NCBI GenBank assembly: GCA_018971765.1
Contig: JAGXAA010000001.1
Span: forward strand, 1 to 33,723
Reading direction: 5' to 3'
Source of the DNA: Patescibacteria group bacterium
Lineage (GTDB): Bacteria; Patescibacteriota; Minisyncoccia; Phycocordibacterales; GWA1-40-21
DNA length: 33,723 nucleotides
Shown here one piece after another: positions 19,334 to 28,213 of the stretch; within the stretch, counting starts at the first letter, position 1, and each line of letters opens with the position of its first letter. The position numbers and the translations under genes were made by a program. The notes below the pieces were generated by a model. The model saw only the letters and a list, made by a program, of their open reading frames with translations. It did not search any database and was not told the DNA's origin.

Positions 19334-20287
19334 TTATCTTTTTTCCAATGTAGTAATCGGTCTGCTCTGTGTGATATAAAATTTGTCATCTTCCATTGCC
19401 CATTCTATGTCCTGCGGAGCGCCGTAATGATTTTCTATTTTGATAATCAGTTCGGAGAGTTCCAAAATTTGCTCGTCGGTTAGTTTTTGTCGCTGTCCTT
19501 TTTCTTGAAGAATATTTTGCCACTCGTTTCCGCCACTTCTCGGCTTTCGGTAAATGCCTCTTTCTTGCGCGGAAACATTTTTATCTATTATTCTTCGCGG
19601 CTCTTTCTCCGCTACATAAGAATCGGGCGTAATTTGGCCGGAAACAATGGCTTCGCCCAGGCCGTAACCGGCTTCTATTATCATCTGATTATGGTCTTGA
19701 GTGACAGGATGGACGGAGAAAGCGATGCCGGAAACTTCGCTTTCCACCATTTTCTGCACGACTACGGCTACCGAGATTTTGCTGTTATGCAGGCCTTTTT
19801 CAAATCGGTAAAAAATAGCTCGGGGAGTAAAAAGAGACGCCCAACACCTCTGAACATTGGCCAACAAAGTTTTTTCCGTGGTGTTAAGGAAAGTGTCCAG
19901 CTGTCCTGCCCAGGCGGCGGAAGAAAAATCTTCGACTGTGGCGCTGGAACGAACGGCCACAAATTTTGATTTTAGATTTTTAAATTCTTTTTTTATTTCT
20001 TCGCTAATATCTTTGGGCATCTTGGCTTTCAGAATCAAATCTTTTATCTTTTCGGAAGAGTTTTCCACAGTATGCATTTCTTTCTGGTTTATGGAATGAA
20101 GAATTGTGTCTATTTTTATATTTAGGTCATTTTCTTCCAAAAATTTTTCAAAAGCCGAAGATAGTATGACAAAGCCGGACGGCACGGCAAAACCAGCTTG
20201 AGTCATTTCGCCAAGCGACGCGCCTTTGCCTCCAGCAATAGAAGCGTCTAATTTAGATATTTGGCCAAATTTTTTTATGAAATCCAT
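19334..20287 (-). CDS. PEP/pyruvate-binding (PPDK_N, ATP-grasp) domain protein, stand-alone
   Basis: MDFIKKFGQISKLDASIAGGKGASLGEMTQAGFAVPSGFVI...VAVRSSATVEDFSSAAWAGQLDTFLN...DIEWAMEDDKFYITQSRPIT is the PpsA/PPDK N-terminal nucleotide-binding domain. It lacks swivel and TIM-barrel domains. Confidence 0.8.
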   Translation of the reverse strand: MDFIKKFGQISKLDASIAGGKGASLGEMTQAGFAVPSGFVILSSAFEKFLEENDLNIKIDTILHSINQKEMHTVENSSEKIKDLILKAKMPKDISEEIKKEFKNLKSKFVAVRSSATVEDFSSAAWAGQLDTFLNTTEKTLLANVQRCWASLFTPRAIFYRFEKGLHNSKISVAVVVQKMVESEVSGIAFSVHPVTQDHNQMIIEAGYGLGEAIVSGQITPDSYVAEKEPRRIIDKNVSAQERGIYRKPRSGGNEWQNILQEKGQRQKLTDEQILELSELIIKIENHYGAPQDIEWAMEDDKFYITQSRPITTLEKR

Positions 20288-20335
20288 ATCTATTATCAAT
20301 CATACTAACAAAATGTTAGAATAAATGAAACTATT

Positions 20336-21211
20336 ATGAATAACCCCGTAAGAGAACTTCCTTTTGACGAAATTCCCGAGCGGCTGATGGAAATTCCCGA
20401 ACCGCCGAAGAAGCTTTACACCAGAGGCGAGATGCCGAAAAGCGACGCCAAATTTCTCTGCATAGTCGGCTCAAGAAAATATACCGATTATGGCAAAGAA
20501 GCTTGTCAGAAATTGATTGCGGGGCTTAAAGGATACAATATCGTGATTGTCTCCGGTCTCGCGCTCGGCATTGATGGTATCGCTCACAGAGCCGCGCTTG
20601 ACGCCGGACTCACAACTCTTGCCATTCCGGGTTCAGGTCTTCATTCATCCGTCCTTTATCCTTCTTCTAATCGACAACTGGCGGAAAAAATTGTTGAATC
20701 CGGCGGCGCGCTAATTTCAGAATTTGAACCGATGTTCAGGGCGACCACTTACAGTTTCCCTCAAAGAAACAGAATTATGGCGGGAATATCGCACGCGACT
20801 CTTATAATAGAAGCCGAAATAAAATCCGGCACGCTCATCACAAGCCGGCTCGCGACAGATTACAACAGAGATGTTATGGCGGTGCCGGGATCAATCTTTT
20901 CTAAAAATTCCGAGGGGCCTAATATGCTCATTCGCCTCGGCGCAACTCCCGTTTCCTCAAGCGCGCATATTCTTGAAACGCTGGGATTTAAAATTGAAGA
21001 AGACAAAACAACCAAAGAGCTTGAGCTGAAAAATCTTTCTGATGACGAGAGGAAAGTTTTGATCCTCATTAAAAATCCGCTTAGTCGAGACGAACTCATC
21101 CGAGAATTGGTGAAGTCCGGAATGTCCGTCAGCGACTCCAGCGCCCTTATTTCAATTATGGAAATCAAAGGATTGATTGAGGAGAAGATGGGGGAAATAG
21201 TGAGAAAATAA
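20336..21211 (+). CDS. dprA: DNA processing protein DprA
   Basis: VGSRKYTDYGKEA, VSGLALGIDGIAHRAAL and FPQRNRIMAGIS are DprA/Smf Rossmann-domain motifs. Confidence 0.85.
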   Translation: MNNPVRELPFDEIPERLMEIPEPPKKLYTRGEMPKSDAKFLCIVGSRKYTDYGKEACQKLIAGLKGYNIVIVSGLALGIDGIAHRAALDAGLTTLAIPGSGLHSSVLYPSSNRQLAEKIVESGGALISEFEPMFRATTYSFPQRNRIMAGISHATLIIEAEIKSGTLITSRLATDYNRDVMAVPGSIFSKNSEGPNMLIRLGATPVSSSAHILETLGFKIEEDKTTKELELKNLSDDERKVLILIKNPLSRDELIRELVKSGMSVSDSSALISIMEIKGLIEEKMGEIVRK

Positions 21212-21223
21212 CTTTTTAGAAAA

Positions 21224-21256
21224 AAGAGCACCGGTGAAAGATCGCCGATGCTCTTT
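21224..21256. terminator. Hairpin between convergent dprA and the glycosyltransferase gene (possible bidirectional terminator)
   Basis: AAAGAGCA...TGCTCTTT arms, flanked by an A-run on the left and a T-run on the right. Confidence 0.45.
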
Positions 21257-21270
21257 AAAAATAAAGAAGA

Positions 21271-22431
21271 TTATTTTTCTAAATACGCTTCAATTTCAGC
21301 TTTTCCATTTCTTTGACCTTCATACATCCTAAGTTCTGCGTTTATTCGTTTATATCCTTCCGCCTGCGGTCGAGAAATGATATCCGCGCAAACATCAAGA
21401 AGTCTATTGATTGAATCTCCTTTAAGTTCCGATGCAATACCTAATTCCGCAAACCTCTTAGAGATAAGGAAATGTTGCATATGCGCGGGAATTGTTACCA
21501 TGCCATAAACTTTATTTTCTAGAGCTTGATACATAGTTCCAAGTCCCGCATGACAGACCACAATAGTCTTATCGCTTGCTTTAATTATTTTGTTTCCGGA
21601 AATAAACTTTTCAATATAAAAACCTTCCCGTTCAAATTTTTTTAAGGCATCAGAATCAGCGACGCTTCCTGTTGTCATTACCGCTTGATAAGGAGAATGA
21701 TGAAGAATCTTTGCTATTTGCTCCATATCTTCTGTCTTGCCAGAACTTCCCATGGAAACATATATCAGAGGACTTGTTCTGTCGATTTTTATTCTTGAAT
21801 CAAGATGTCCGCTCTCATCTTGCCATGTTAGTGGACCTATAAATTTAAAATTCGGTAAATTTTCTCTCAAAGGAAACAAATATGGCAAGTCAGGCATCAC
21901 ATTAAAACTGCCGCCTATTAAATCGATAAAATTCTCTACTGGAGGCAATCCAAAACCGGAAGCAACGGAATTATAAGGAGAGAGTATTTTGTCTTTTATC
22001 ATAACAACTTTGTCACTGGCAAAATTGCCGCCATATTTCAATTCTTCAACATTGCAAGAATCAGTTATAGATATGTGATTTATACCGTGTTTCCTTATGG
22101 GGATGGTTGCATTCATGCAAGCAGAAGTAATAACGACATCAGGCATAAAATCCATGATTATTTGATCATAGAGTTTTGCTTCCTTGGCGACCTTGACCTC
22201 ATCGGACAATCCATCAAAATTACCTTTGATAATTTGCTGATAATCCATTTTCTTAATATCAATCAGCTTGTAATTCATGCCTAGATTATCAGCAAGCATT
22301 ATAAACTCTTTGGTAAGAATTATTTGCGTATCGTAATCCTGCTTAAAAGCTTCCGCCAGCCTTAATGTCCTCGTCACATGCGCAAATCCTTGAGCTGGAA
22401 TAAATAATATTTTTTTATTTTTCTTATTCAT
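21271..22431 (-). CDS. GT1-family (UDP-glycosyltransferase/MGT-like) glycosyltransferase
   Basis: MNKKNKKILFIPAQGFAHVTRTLRLAEA at the N-terminus and VVCHAGLGTMYQALENKVYGMVTIP at the C-terminus follow the GT-B donor-binding pattern. The ATG at 22431 is preceded by AAAGGAAAG; the track start is TTG. Confidence 0.7.
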   Translation of the reverse strand: MNKKNKKILFIPAQGFAHVTRTLRLAEAFKQDYDTQIILTKEFIMLADNLGMNYKLIDIKKMDYQQIIKGNFDGLSDEVKVAKEAKLYDQIIMDFMPDVVITSACMNATIPIRKHGINHISITDSCNVEELKYGGNFASDKVVMIKDKILSPYNSVASGFGLPPVENFIDLIGGSFNVMPDLPYLFPLRENLPNFKFIGPLTWQDESGHLDSRIKIDRTSPLIYVSMGSSGKTEDMEQIAKILHHSPYQAVMTTGSVADSDALKKFEREGFYIEKFISGNKIIKASDKTIVVCHAGLGTMYQALENKVYGMVTIPAHMQHFLISKRFAELGIASELKGDSINRLLDVCADIISRPQAEGYKRINAELRMYEGQRNGKAEIEAYLEK

Positions 22432-22610
22432 TTCTTTCCTTTCATAAAATATCAAAAAACCACAACGCCATTCGCTTATCTAAAAATAATCTGGCACTAT
22501 CACGCAGTAAAACGCAAGGAAAATATTTTATCCTAAATAGAGGTTATTAACCCTATAGTTTGTCTTCGCTCGGACGCTGTGTACAAGATTACTCGTCCAT
22601 GCGATCCTCG

Positions 22611-23615
22611 CTAGCCGAAATAATCAGTCTTAACGGCTTTTCGCACGAGGGTCATAGTCTGTTCCACCACCGCCCTGCCTTTTTCCGTCCCTCGTTTGAG
22701 GATAGAATTGACCAAATGTGAATCTTTTTCATACTCTTTTCTTTTTTGCCGAATCGGCTCCAAAAAACTGTTGAGTATTTCAACTAATCTTTTCTTTACT
22801 TCAATATCGCCGACTTTGCCAAGTCTGTATCTGTCTTCAAAATCTTTAATTTCTTTTTTGTCGTCGTGAAATGCGTTGAGGTAAATAAAAACGGGATTGT
22901 GTTCAGTATGCCCCGGGTCAGTCGCCCTCACGCGAGTCGGGTCGGTATACATTCGCATCACTTTTTCTACGACAATATCAGCGGAGTCGCTCAAGTTTAT
23001 TGTATTGTTCAGTGACTTGCTCATTTTTTCTTTTCCATCAATTCCGCACAATCTTGGAACTTCCGACAACATTTCCTTTGGTTCCACAAAAGTCTGTCCG
23101 TACAAAGAATTAAATCGGCGCGCGATTTCTCGGGACTGTTCTATCATTGGCAATTGGTCCTCTCCAACCGGGACAAGATTCGCCTGAAAACCGAGTATGT
23201 CCGCCGACTGGCTTATCGGATAGACGAAAAATCCGACAGGAACATTTTCCCGATAGCCTTTCTGCCTAATTTCATTTTTCACCGTCGGATTCCTTTCCAG
23301 TTGCGCCACAGTAATCATATTCATAAGATAAACGGTTAGCTCCGCTAGTTCCGGCACCTGTGATTGAATAATAATGGTTGATTTTTCCGGACTGATTTCC
23401 ACACTTAAGTAGTCCAGCGCCAATTCAAGGATATTGTTCTTAATCTTCTGCGGGTTTTCAAAATTATCCGTCAGAGCTTGAATGTCGGCAATTAATATAA
23501 ATTGCTCATACTCATCTTGAAGTAAAACCCTATTTTTCAGCGACCCGACATAATGCCCCAGATGAAGCGGTCCCGTCGGCCTATCGCCCGTGAGAATTCT
23601 TTTCTTTTTTGACAT
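22611..23615 (-). CDS. trpS: Tryptophan--tRNA ligase
   Basis: 334 aa with HIGH-like GPLHLGHYVG, KMSKS, and a class Ic length and pattern (GEDQLPMIE). Confidence 0.9.
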   Translation of the reverse strand: MSKKKRILTGDRPTGPLHLGHYVGSLKNRVLLQDEYEQFILIADIQALTDNFENPQKIKNNILELALDYLSVEISPEKSTIIIQSQVPELAELTVYLMNMITVAQLERNPTVKNEIRQKGYRENVPVGFFVYPISQSADILGFQANLVPVGEDQLPMIEQSREIARRFNSLYGQTFVEPKEMLSEVPRLCGIDGKEKMSKSLNNTINLSDSADIVVEKVMRMYTDPTRVRATDPGHTEHNPVFIYLNAFHDDKKEIKDFEDRYRLGKVGDIEVKKRLVEILNSFLEPIRQKRKEYEKDSHLVNSILKRGTEKGRAVVEQTMTLVRKAVKTDYFG

Positions 23616-23806
23616 ATTTAAAGAATATCAAATAATGTTCTTATTACAAAATCTAATTTAAATAATTGAGAAGAATTTGAATGTTTTACTTCCAAGTAAT
23701 GCGAGGCTTCGATTTTATTGCATAATATCTGTCATCTGCTAGCATTAAAGGTAGAAAGTGGTTTTTTAAATTAAAAATATTTACTATTCAGAAAGGATGG
23801 TAAAAA

Positions 23807-24028
23807 ATGAGAAGTCATTACATAGTTCTTTTTGGGAATAATTCTGAAGAAAGCTTGACGGCTAGGAACAAATTAATGAGTAAAAAAATTAACTTTGCAG
23901 AAATGGAAGCTGATCCGAAAGAATTTAGTAAGAGCGATTTGCCTATCTTGATAACTGGTGAAGGTCAGTTCTCAGGTCTTAATTCAATAGAAAAATATAT
24001 AGAAGATATTCTGAACGAAACTGACTGA
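23807..24028 (+). CDS. Hypothetical small protein (glutaredoxin-like length and pattern but no Cys)
   Basis: 73-aa ORF with AAAGGATGG upstream and a hairpin plus T-run downstream. There is no CxxC motif. Confidence 0.35.
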   Translation: MRSHYIVLFGNNSEESLTARNKLMSKKINFAEMEADPKEFSKSDLPILITGEGQFSGLNSIEKYIEDILNETD

Positions 24029-24073
24029 TTTAAAGTCAGGTAGATTTTAAAACATTTCTATAAAAACAAGAAA

Positions 24074-24106
24074 AAGGAGTAGATTTATTTACTCCTTTTG
24101 TTTTTT
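24074..24106 (+). terminator. Rho-independent terminator
   Basis: AGGAGTA-GATTTATT-TACTCCT followed by TTTGTTTTTT. Confidence 0.6.
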
Positions 24107-24172
24107 GAGATCCAATAATTAATGTTAAAAAATTTGCAAACCTAACCCGTTTATAGTATTACTTACTGAACT

Positions 24173-26350
24173 ATGAAACTTTTAATCGTGGAATCGCCGG
24201 CGAAAGCGAAGACGATTTCAAAATATTTGGATGGCAAGTACACGGTCAAAGCGAGCGTCGGGCACATCAGGGATTTGCCGAAAAGCAACAAGAGCGCGAT
24301 TGATATAGAAGGAGGGTTTATTCCTCATTATGAAATTTCCAAGGGCAAAGAGAAAGTCGTCTCCGAAATAAAATCTCTGGCAAAAAGAGCGGAAGAGATT
24401 TTGCTCGCGACCGACCCTGATCGAGAAGGTGAAGCCATCGCTTGGCACATTAAAGAAGCCGTCGGACTTAAAAATCCTAAACGAGTGGTTTTTCACGAGA
24501 TTACGAAAGACGCCGTGAAAGAAGCGATCGAGCATCCTCGGGAAATTGATGAAAATTTAAGAAAAGCGCAGGAAGCGAGAAGAGTGCTCGACCGATTGGT
24601 GGGTTACGACTTAAGCGGACTTATCTGGAAGAAAGTTCGCTATGGTCTGTCCGCCGGAAGAGTTCAGTCCCCCGCCTTACGCATCATTATGGAAAGAGAG
24701 CGGGAAATCCGCGCTTTCATACCGGAAAAATTTTGGACGATTACCGCCGATGTTGCGGCGAAAGAAGGCAAAGGAGATAAATTCACTCTAACTTGCTCCG
24801 AAGAACCGCGGGAAGAAAAAGAGACTGAAAGAATTTTAGAGATTGGAAAAAAAGAAATCTGGAAAGTCAAAGGCGTTGCTGAGACGGAAGCCAAGAGATC
24901 GCCTCGCGCGCCATTCATCACCTCCACTCTCCAGCAATCGGCCAGTTCTCGCTTGGGGTTCGCTCCCTCAAGAACAATGGGTATCGCCCAGAAACTTTAC
25001 GAAGCGGGCTTGATCACCTATATGAGAACCGACAGCGTCAATATGAGCCAAGTCGCGCTAAAGCAGATTTACGGATTGGTTGATAAAAAATACGGCAAAG
25101 AATATCTGGTTCCGCGCGTATATTCCAAGAAAAGCAAGAATGCCCAGGAGGCGCACGAAGCTATACGGCCGACCAATATGCTGAGCGAATTGGGCGGGGC
25201 GAATGACGAACAGCAGAAACTTTATCGCCTTATCTGGCAAAGAGCGGTTTCTTCCCAAATGTCTGATGCCAAAATAATGAGAACAAAAATAACCGCGCAA
25301 ATAGGCAAAGGTGAAATTCCATTTTTTTACATCAACGGCTCAAGGGTGAAGTTTGACGGCTGGCTTGCGGCCGACCCGGCGTCCAGAGGCGAAGATGTTG
25401 AATTGCCGAAGGTCGCGGTTGGAGAAATTTTGAAACTGATAGAAATGCGCTCCGAAGGAAAGCAGACCGAACCTCCCGCCAGATATTCCGAAGCCGGGCT
25501 CGTAAAAGAACTGGAAAAAAGAGGCATCGGCCGCCCTTCGACTTATGCTAGTATAATAAAGACGCTGGAAGACAGAGACTATGTGGAGAAAATCAGCAAA
25601 GCCCTGCATCCAACCGACACGGGCGATGTTGTGAGCTCATTCCTTGAAAATAATTTCGCCAATTATATCAGTGATTCGTTCACCGCGCGAATGGAAGACG
25701 AGCTCGACGACATAGCGAGCGGTAAAATCGGATATGAAAAAACTTTAAGCGATTTTTATAAGCCATTTTCCAAAGAAGTGAAATCAAAAGACAAAATCGA
25801 AAAAATCAATAATCTCGGAGAAGCCGACCCTGCTATGAAATGCCCTATTTGCAAAGGCGGTATGATAATAAAGCTCGGCAAGACCGGCAAATTTTTAAGT
25901 TGCGCCAAGTTTCCGGATTGTTCGGGAGCGCGAAAGATTGCAGGCGAGGAGTTAGCGGGACCGAAAGAGACCGGAGAAGATTGTCCTGAATGCAAAAAGG
26001 GCAAACTTGTCGAGAGAGACGGTAAATTCGGCAGATTTATTTCATGCAACAATTATCCCAAATGCAAATATATTAAAAAAAACGCCGAGCTGGAAAAACA
26101 AAATTCCACCGGTATCGCCTGTCCGATCTGCAGACACGGAATGATGACGGAGCGCCGCGGCAGATTCGGGCTTTTCTACAGCTGTTCAAATTATCCCAAA
26201 TGCAAGAACGCCATAAAAGCGAAGCCGACAGGCAATATATGCAAATTGTGTGGAGCTCTTATGATGGAGGGAACAAAAACTATTCCCGAACGCTGTTCAG
26301 ACAAGACCTGCCCCAACCACAATCCGCACAAAATCGCTAAAACGGAGTAG
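24173..26350 (+). CDS. topA: DNA topoisomerase I
   Basis: It has a TOPRIM N-terminus (LLIVESPAKAKTISKYL) and the active-site region GLITYMRTDS. The C-terminus carries four C4 zinc ribbons (CPICKGG..C..C etc). Confidence 0.95.
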   Translation: MKLLIVESPAKAKTISKYLDGKYTVKASVGHIRDLPKSNKSAIDIEGGFIPHYEISKGKEKVVSEIKSLAKRAEEILLATDPDREGEAIAWHIKEAVGLKNPKRVVFHEITKDAVKEAIEHPREIDENLRKAQEARRVLDRLVGYDLSGLIWKKVRYGLSAGRVQSPALRIIMEREREIRAFIPEKFWTITADVAAKEGKGDKFTLTCSEEPREEKETERILEIGKKEIWKVKGVAETEAKRSPRAPFITSTLQQSASSRLGFAPSRTMGIAQKLYEAGLITYMRTDSVNMSQVALKQIYGLVDKKYGKEYLVPRVYSKKSKNAQEAHEAIRPTNMLSELGGANDEQQKLYRLIWQRAVSSQMSDAKIMRTKITAQIGKGEIPFFYINGSRVKFDGWLAADPASRGEDVELPKVAVGEILKLIEMRSEGKQTEPPARYSEAGLVKELEKRGIGRPSTYASIIKTLEDRDYVEKISKALHPTDTGDVVSSFLENNFANYISDSFTARMEDELDDIASGKIGYEKTLSDFYKPFSKEVKSKDKIEKINNLGEADPAMKCPICKGGMIIKLGKTGKFLSCAKFPDCSGARKIAGEELAGPKETGEDCPECKKGKLVERDGKFGRFISCNNYPKCKYIKKNAELEKQNSTGIACPICRHGMMTERRGRFGLFYSCSNYPKCKNAIKAKPTGNICKLCGALMMEGTKTIPERCSDKTCPNHNPHKIAKTE

Positions 26351-26361
26351 AAATGTAAAAA

Positions 26362-26398
26362 GGCTCGTTGAGCTTAATTAAACTCAACGAGGCCTTTT
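26362..26398. terminator. Bidirectional terminator hairpin
   Basis: GGCTCGTTGAG-CTTAATTAAA-CTCAACGAGGCC, with AAAAA on the left and TTTT on the right. It lies between convergent topA and a small minus-strand ORF. Confidence 0.65.
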
Positions 26399-26408
26399 GT
26401 TTCGCTTT

Positions 26409-26666
26409 TTATTTCTCATCATCTCCCGTCGCGACGACTGAAACATCGGGAGCCTCCGTCTCCGCTATGGCTTGAGCGACTTTTTTGCTCAAATTGGCAA
26501 GGTACCTGGTCGAGATGCCTTGTCCAACCACAACGACAATCAAGACGGCGATAAAAAACCAAAAAAAATTATTGGACACAAAACCCTCCTTTTGAAAAAT
26601 TTTGTAAAAAATAAAGATTTCTCTAAGCAGAGTTCCCGAGGCGCCGTCGGAGCTCATTCCGCTCAT
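26409..26666 (-). CDS. Hypothetical small membrane protein
   Basis: 85 aa with an ATG start and one TM segment (FFWFFIAVLIVVVVGQGI). Confidence 0.35.
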   Translation of the reverse strand: MSGMSSDGASGTLLREIFIFYKIFQKEGFVSNNFFWFFIAVLIVVVVGQGISTRYLANLSKKVAQAIAETEAPDVSVVATGDDEK

Positions 26667-26755
26667 GTTTTTCCGCGAAAAAATCGACTCATAAATAAGA
26701 CCTTTTCAAAGAACTAATCTTAGTTTAAAAAGTAAAACAAATATTAATAATTTTG

Positions 26756-27085
26756 TCAATAATTTCTAGTTTTCCTCTCCTTGAAAAAATCCTCAAGACG
26801 ATATGCCGCGCCCTTGAGACCGACATGCCAGTTTGTCACCGACTCGACCGGCTGATTTTCCTTGTAGTCGTAGATGGTGATGACCGCTCTGCCCCTTCGG
26901 GCAGTTGTTTTGAATGCCCACTCTGCACGGACCTTGCCGTCGCCGGACCGCCATATACCCTCTCTGGTCCGATCGTGTGGTCGGCCGAAGCACTTTACGA
27001 GGTCGTCGTATGATCCTTGAAGATATCCTGCAAAGCCCGAGCCGATGACATCCTTTGGACCTGCTTTTATAAATCGATTTTTCAT
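26756..27085 (-). CDS. Hypothetical protein inside the GC-rich insert, downstream of the RT
   Basis: The ATG at 27085 gives MKNRFIKAGPKDVIGSGFAGYLQGSYDDLVKCFGRPHDRTREGIWRSGDGKVRAEWAFKT...ITIYDYKENQPVESVTNWHVGLKG (109 aa). Its GC-rich codon usage matches the RT and target genes. I recognise no family. The longer track ORF would run through a structured intergenic region. Confidence 0.45.
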   Translation of the reverse strand: MKNRFIKAGPKDVIGSGFAGYLQGSYDDLVKCFGRPHDRTREGIWRSGDGKVRAEWAFKTTARRGRAVITIYDYKENQPVESVTNWHVGLKGAAYRLEDFFKERKTRNY

Positions 27086-27246
27086 GCACGGACGAACATA
27101 CCCCTGCTTTCTTAGGAAGTCTAGCGTCCGAATCTCTGAATTTTCGGCACACGCCCTTGAAGTGGCCCGAAGCCGTGGAAATGGCTTACACCAAGCGGAA
27201 AAGCGCACACGCGGGCGAACAGGGGCCGAATTCAGGGGTATGTTCC

Positions 27247-28077
27247 CTATAAGCCAGCAACCTTTTTCTTTAAATCATTGCCGTCGCCATGACTTAGCAA
27301 TCCGAGGTAAGACTGAACGACCTCTGGTTTCTTCTCCGAATCCCTGATTTTCTTAAACATTCTTTTCTTAGTTGTTGTACGCAGAACCCGATGATGTGGA
27401 AAATGCACCCAGCCGAGAAAGTCGATACCTGACGCTGCGGTCTTCAGAAATATTTTATCCGGATGGAGCGACAGCTTCAGTCTCTCCTCGAGAAAGTCAT
27501 GGACTTTCGGTAGCACTTCCATGAGCACGCCTTTGTCATGGTGCATGATCACAAAGTCGTCGGCGTAGCGGATGTAGTACCTCTGCCTGAGTCCGTGTTT
27601 TACAAACTGGTCGAATTCATTCATGTATATGTTCACGAGAAGCTGCGAGGTTAGGTTGCCGAGCGGCAATCCTTTGCCTGGACCTGTACTCTGAAAGCTG
27701 CTGACGGTCCGTTCAATGAGCCAGATAGTGTCAGGGTCGCTTATGTGCCGCTTCACGATCTGAACCATGGTTGCCTGATCGATTGAGGCAAAGAATTTTC
27801 TGACATCGCACTTCAGGACCCAGCATGTCCTGCTGTTGCTCTCTGAAACCTGCCGTACGAATTGGTTGAAGCGCTTAAGCGCACGGTGTGTTCCCTTGAG
27901 ATGACGGCAGGAGTAGGAATCGTAGATAAATTTCTTATCAAAAAGCGGATACAGGACGCGGTAGATTGCATGATGCAGAAGCCTGTCGCGGACCGTAGCC
28001 TTATGGATACTCCTTGGCTTAGGATCGCTTATCGAAAATGCCTCATACTCGCCGTGTCGATATGTCTTGGTCCGCAA
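27247..28077 (-). CDS. DGR-type reverse transcriptase (frame continues upstream to the ATG at 28215 but is interrupted by TAA at 28197-28195)
   Basis: SISDPKPRSIHKATVRDRLLHHAIY (motifs 1-2), KCDVRKFFASID (motif 3), LPLGNLTSQLLVNIYMNEFD (the DGR-typical GxxxSQ motif 4), YIRYADDFVIM (YxDD), GIDFLGW. The track start at 28077 is TTG. The same frame upstream reads MTTRIS*SIKNLCDAWNEFIRGKKSKKDVAEFSLNLSQNIFRLHEDL. Confidence 0.9.
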   Translation of the reverse strand: MRTKTYRHGEYEAFSISDPKPRSIHKATVRDRLLHHAIYRVLYPLFDKKFIYDSYSCRHLKGTHRALKRFNQFVRQVSESNSRTCWVLKCDVRKFFASIDQATMVQIVKRHISDPDTIWLIERTVSSFQSTGPGKGLPLGNLTSQLLVNIYMNEFDQFVKHGLRQRYYIRYADDFVIMHHDKGVLMEVLPKVHDFLEERLKLSLHPDKIFLKTAASGIDFLGWVHFPHHRVLRTTTKKRMFKKIRDSEKKPEVVQSYLGLLSHGDGNDLKKKVAGL

Positions 28078-28213
28078 ATCCTCATGAAGCCTGAAAATAT
28101 TTTGCGAGAGATTGAGGGAAAATTCAGCGACATCCTTTTTCGACTTCTTACCGCGAATAAATTCATTCCATGCGTCGCATAGATTTTTGATGGATTATGA
28201 TATTCTTGTAGTC

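Noticed and set aside
22456-22610. 155-nt spacer between trpS and the glycosyltransferase gene, examined for an ncRNA; it contains the small palindrome GGTTATTAACC (22542-22552) and short stems
   Set aside because: The stems are short (4-5 bp) and I recognise no known RNA family or repeat copy. It is most simply the promoter and leader of the glycosyltransferase gene.
23616-23806. Possible T-box riboswitch upstream of trpS
   Set aside because: The region is very AT-rich and only ~190 nt, shared with a divergent gene. I see no T-box consensus (AAUUAGGGUGGUACCGCG-like) and no specifier or terminator-antiterminator arrangement.
26753-27208. Long version (150 aa) of the small ORF, plus overlapping alternative frames (26793..27152 minus, 26753..27013 plus)
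   Set aside because: The extension upstream of the ATG at 27085 is Arg/Cys-rich junk-like sequence that runs through the 13-bp inverted-repeat structure. The alternative frames have Arg-rich, GC-artefact composition.
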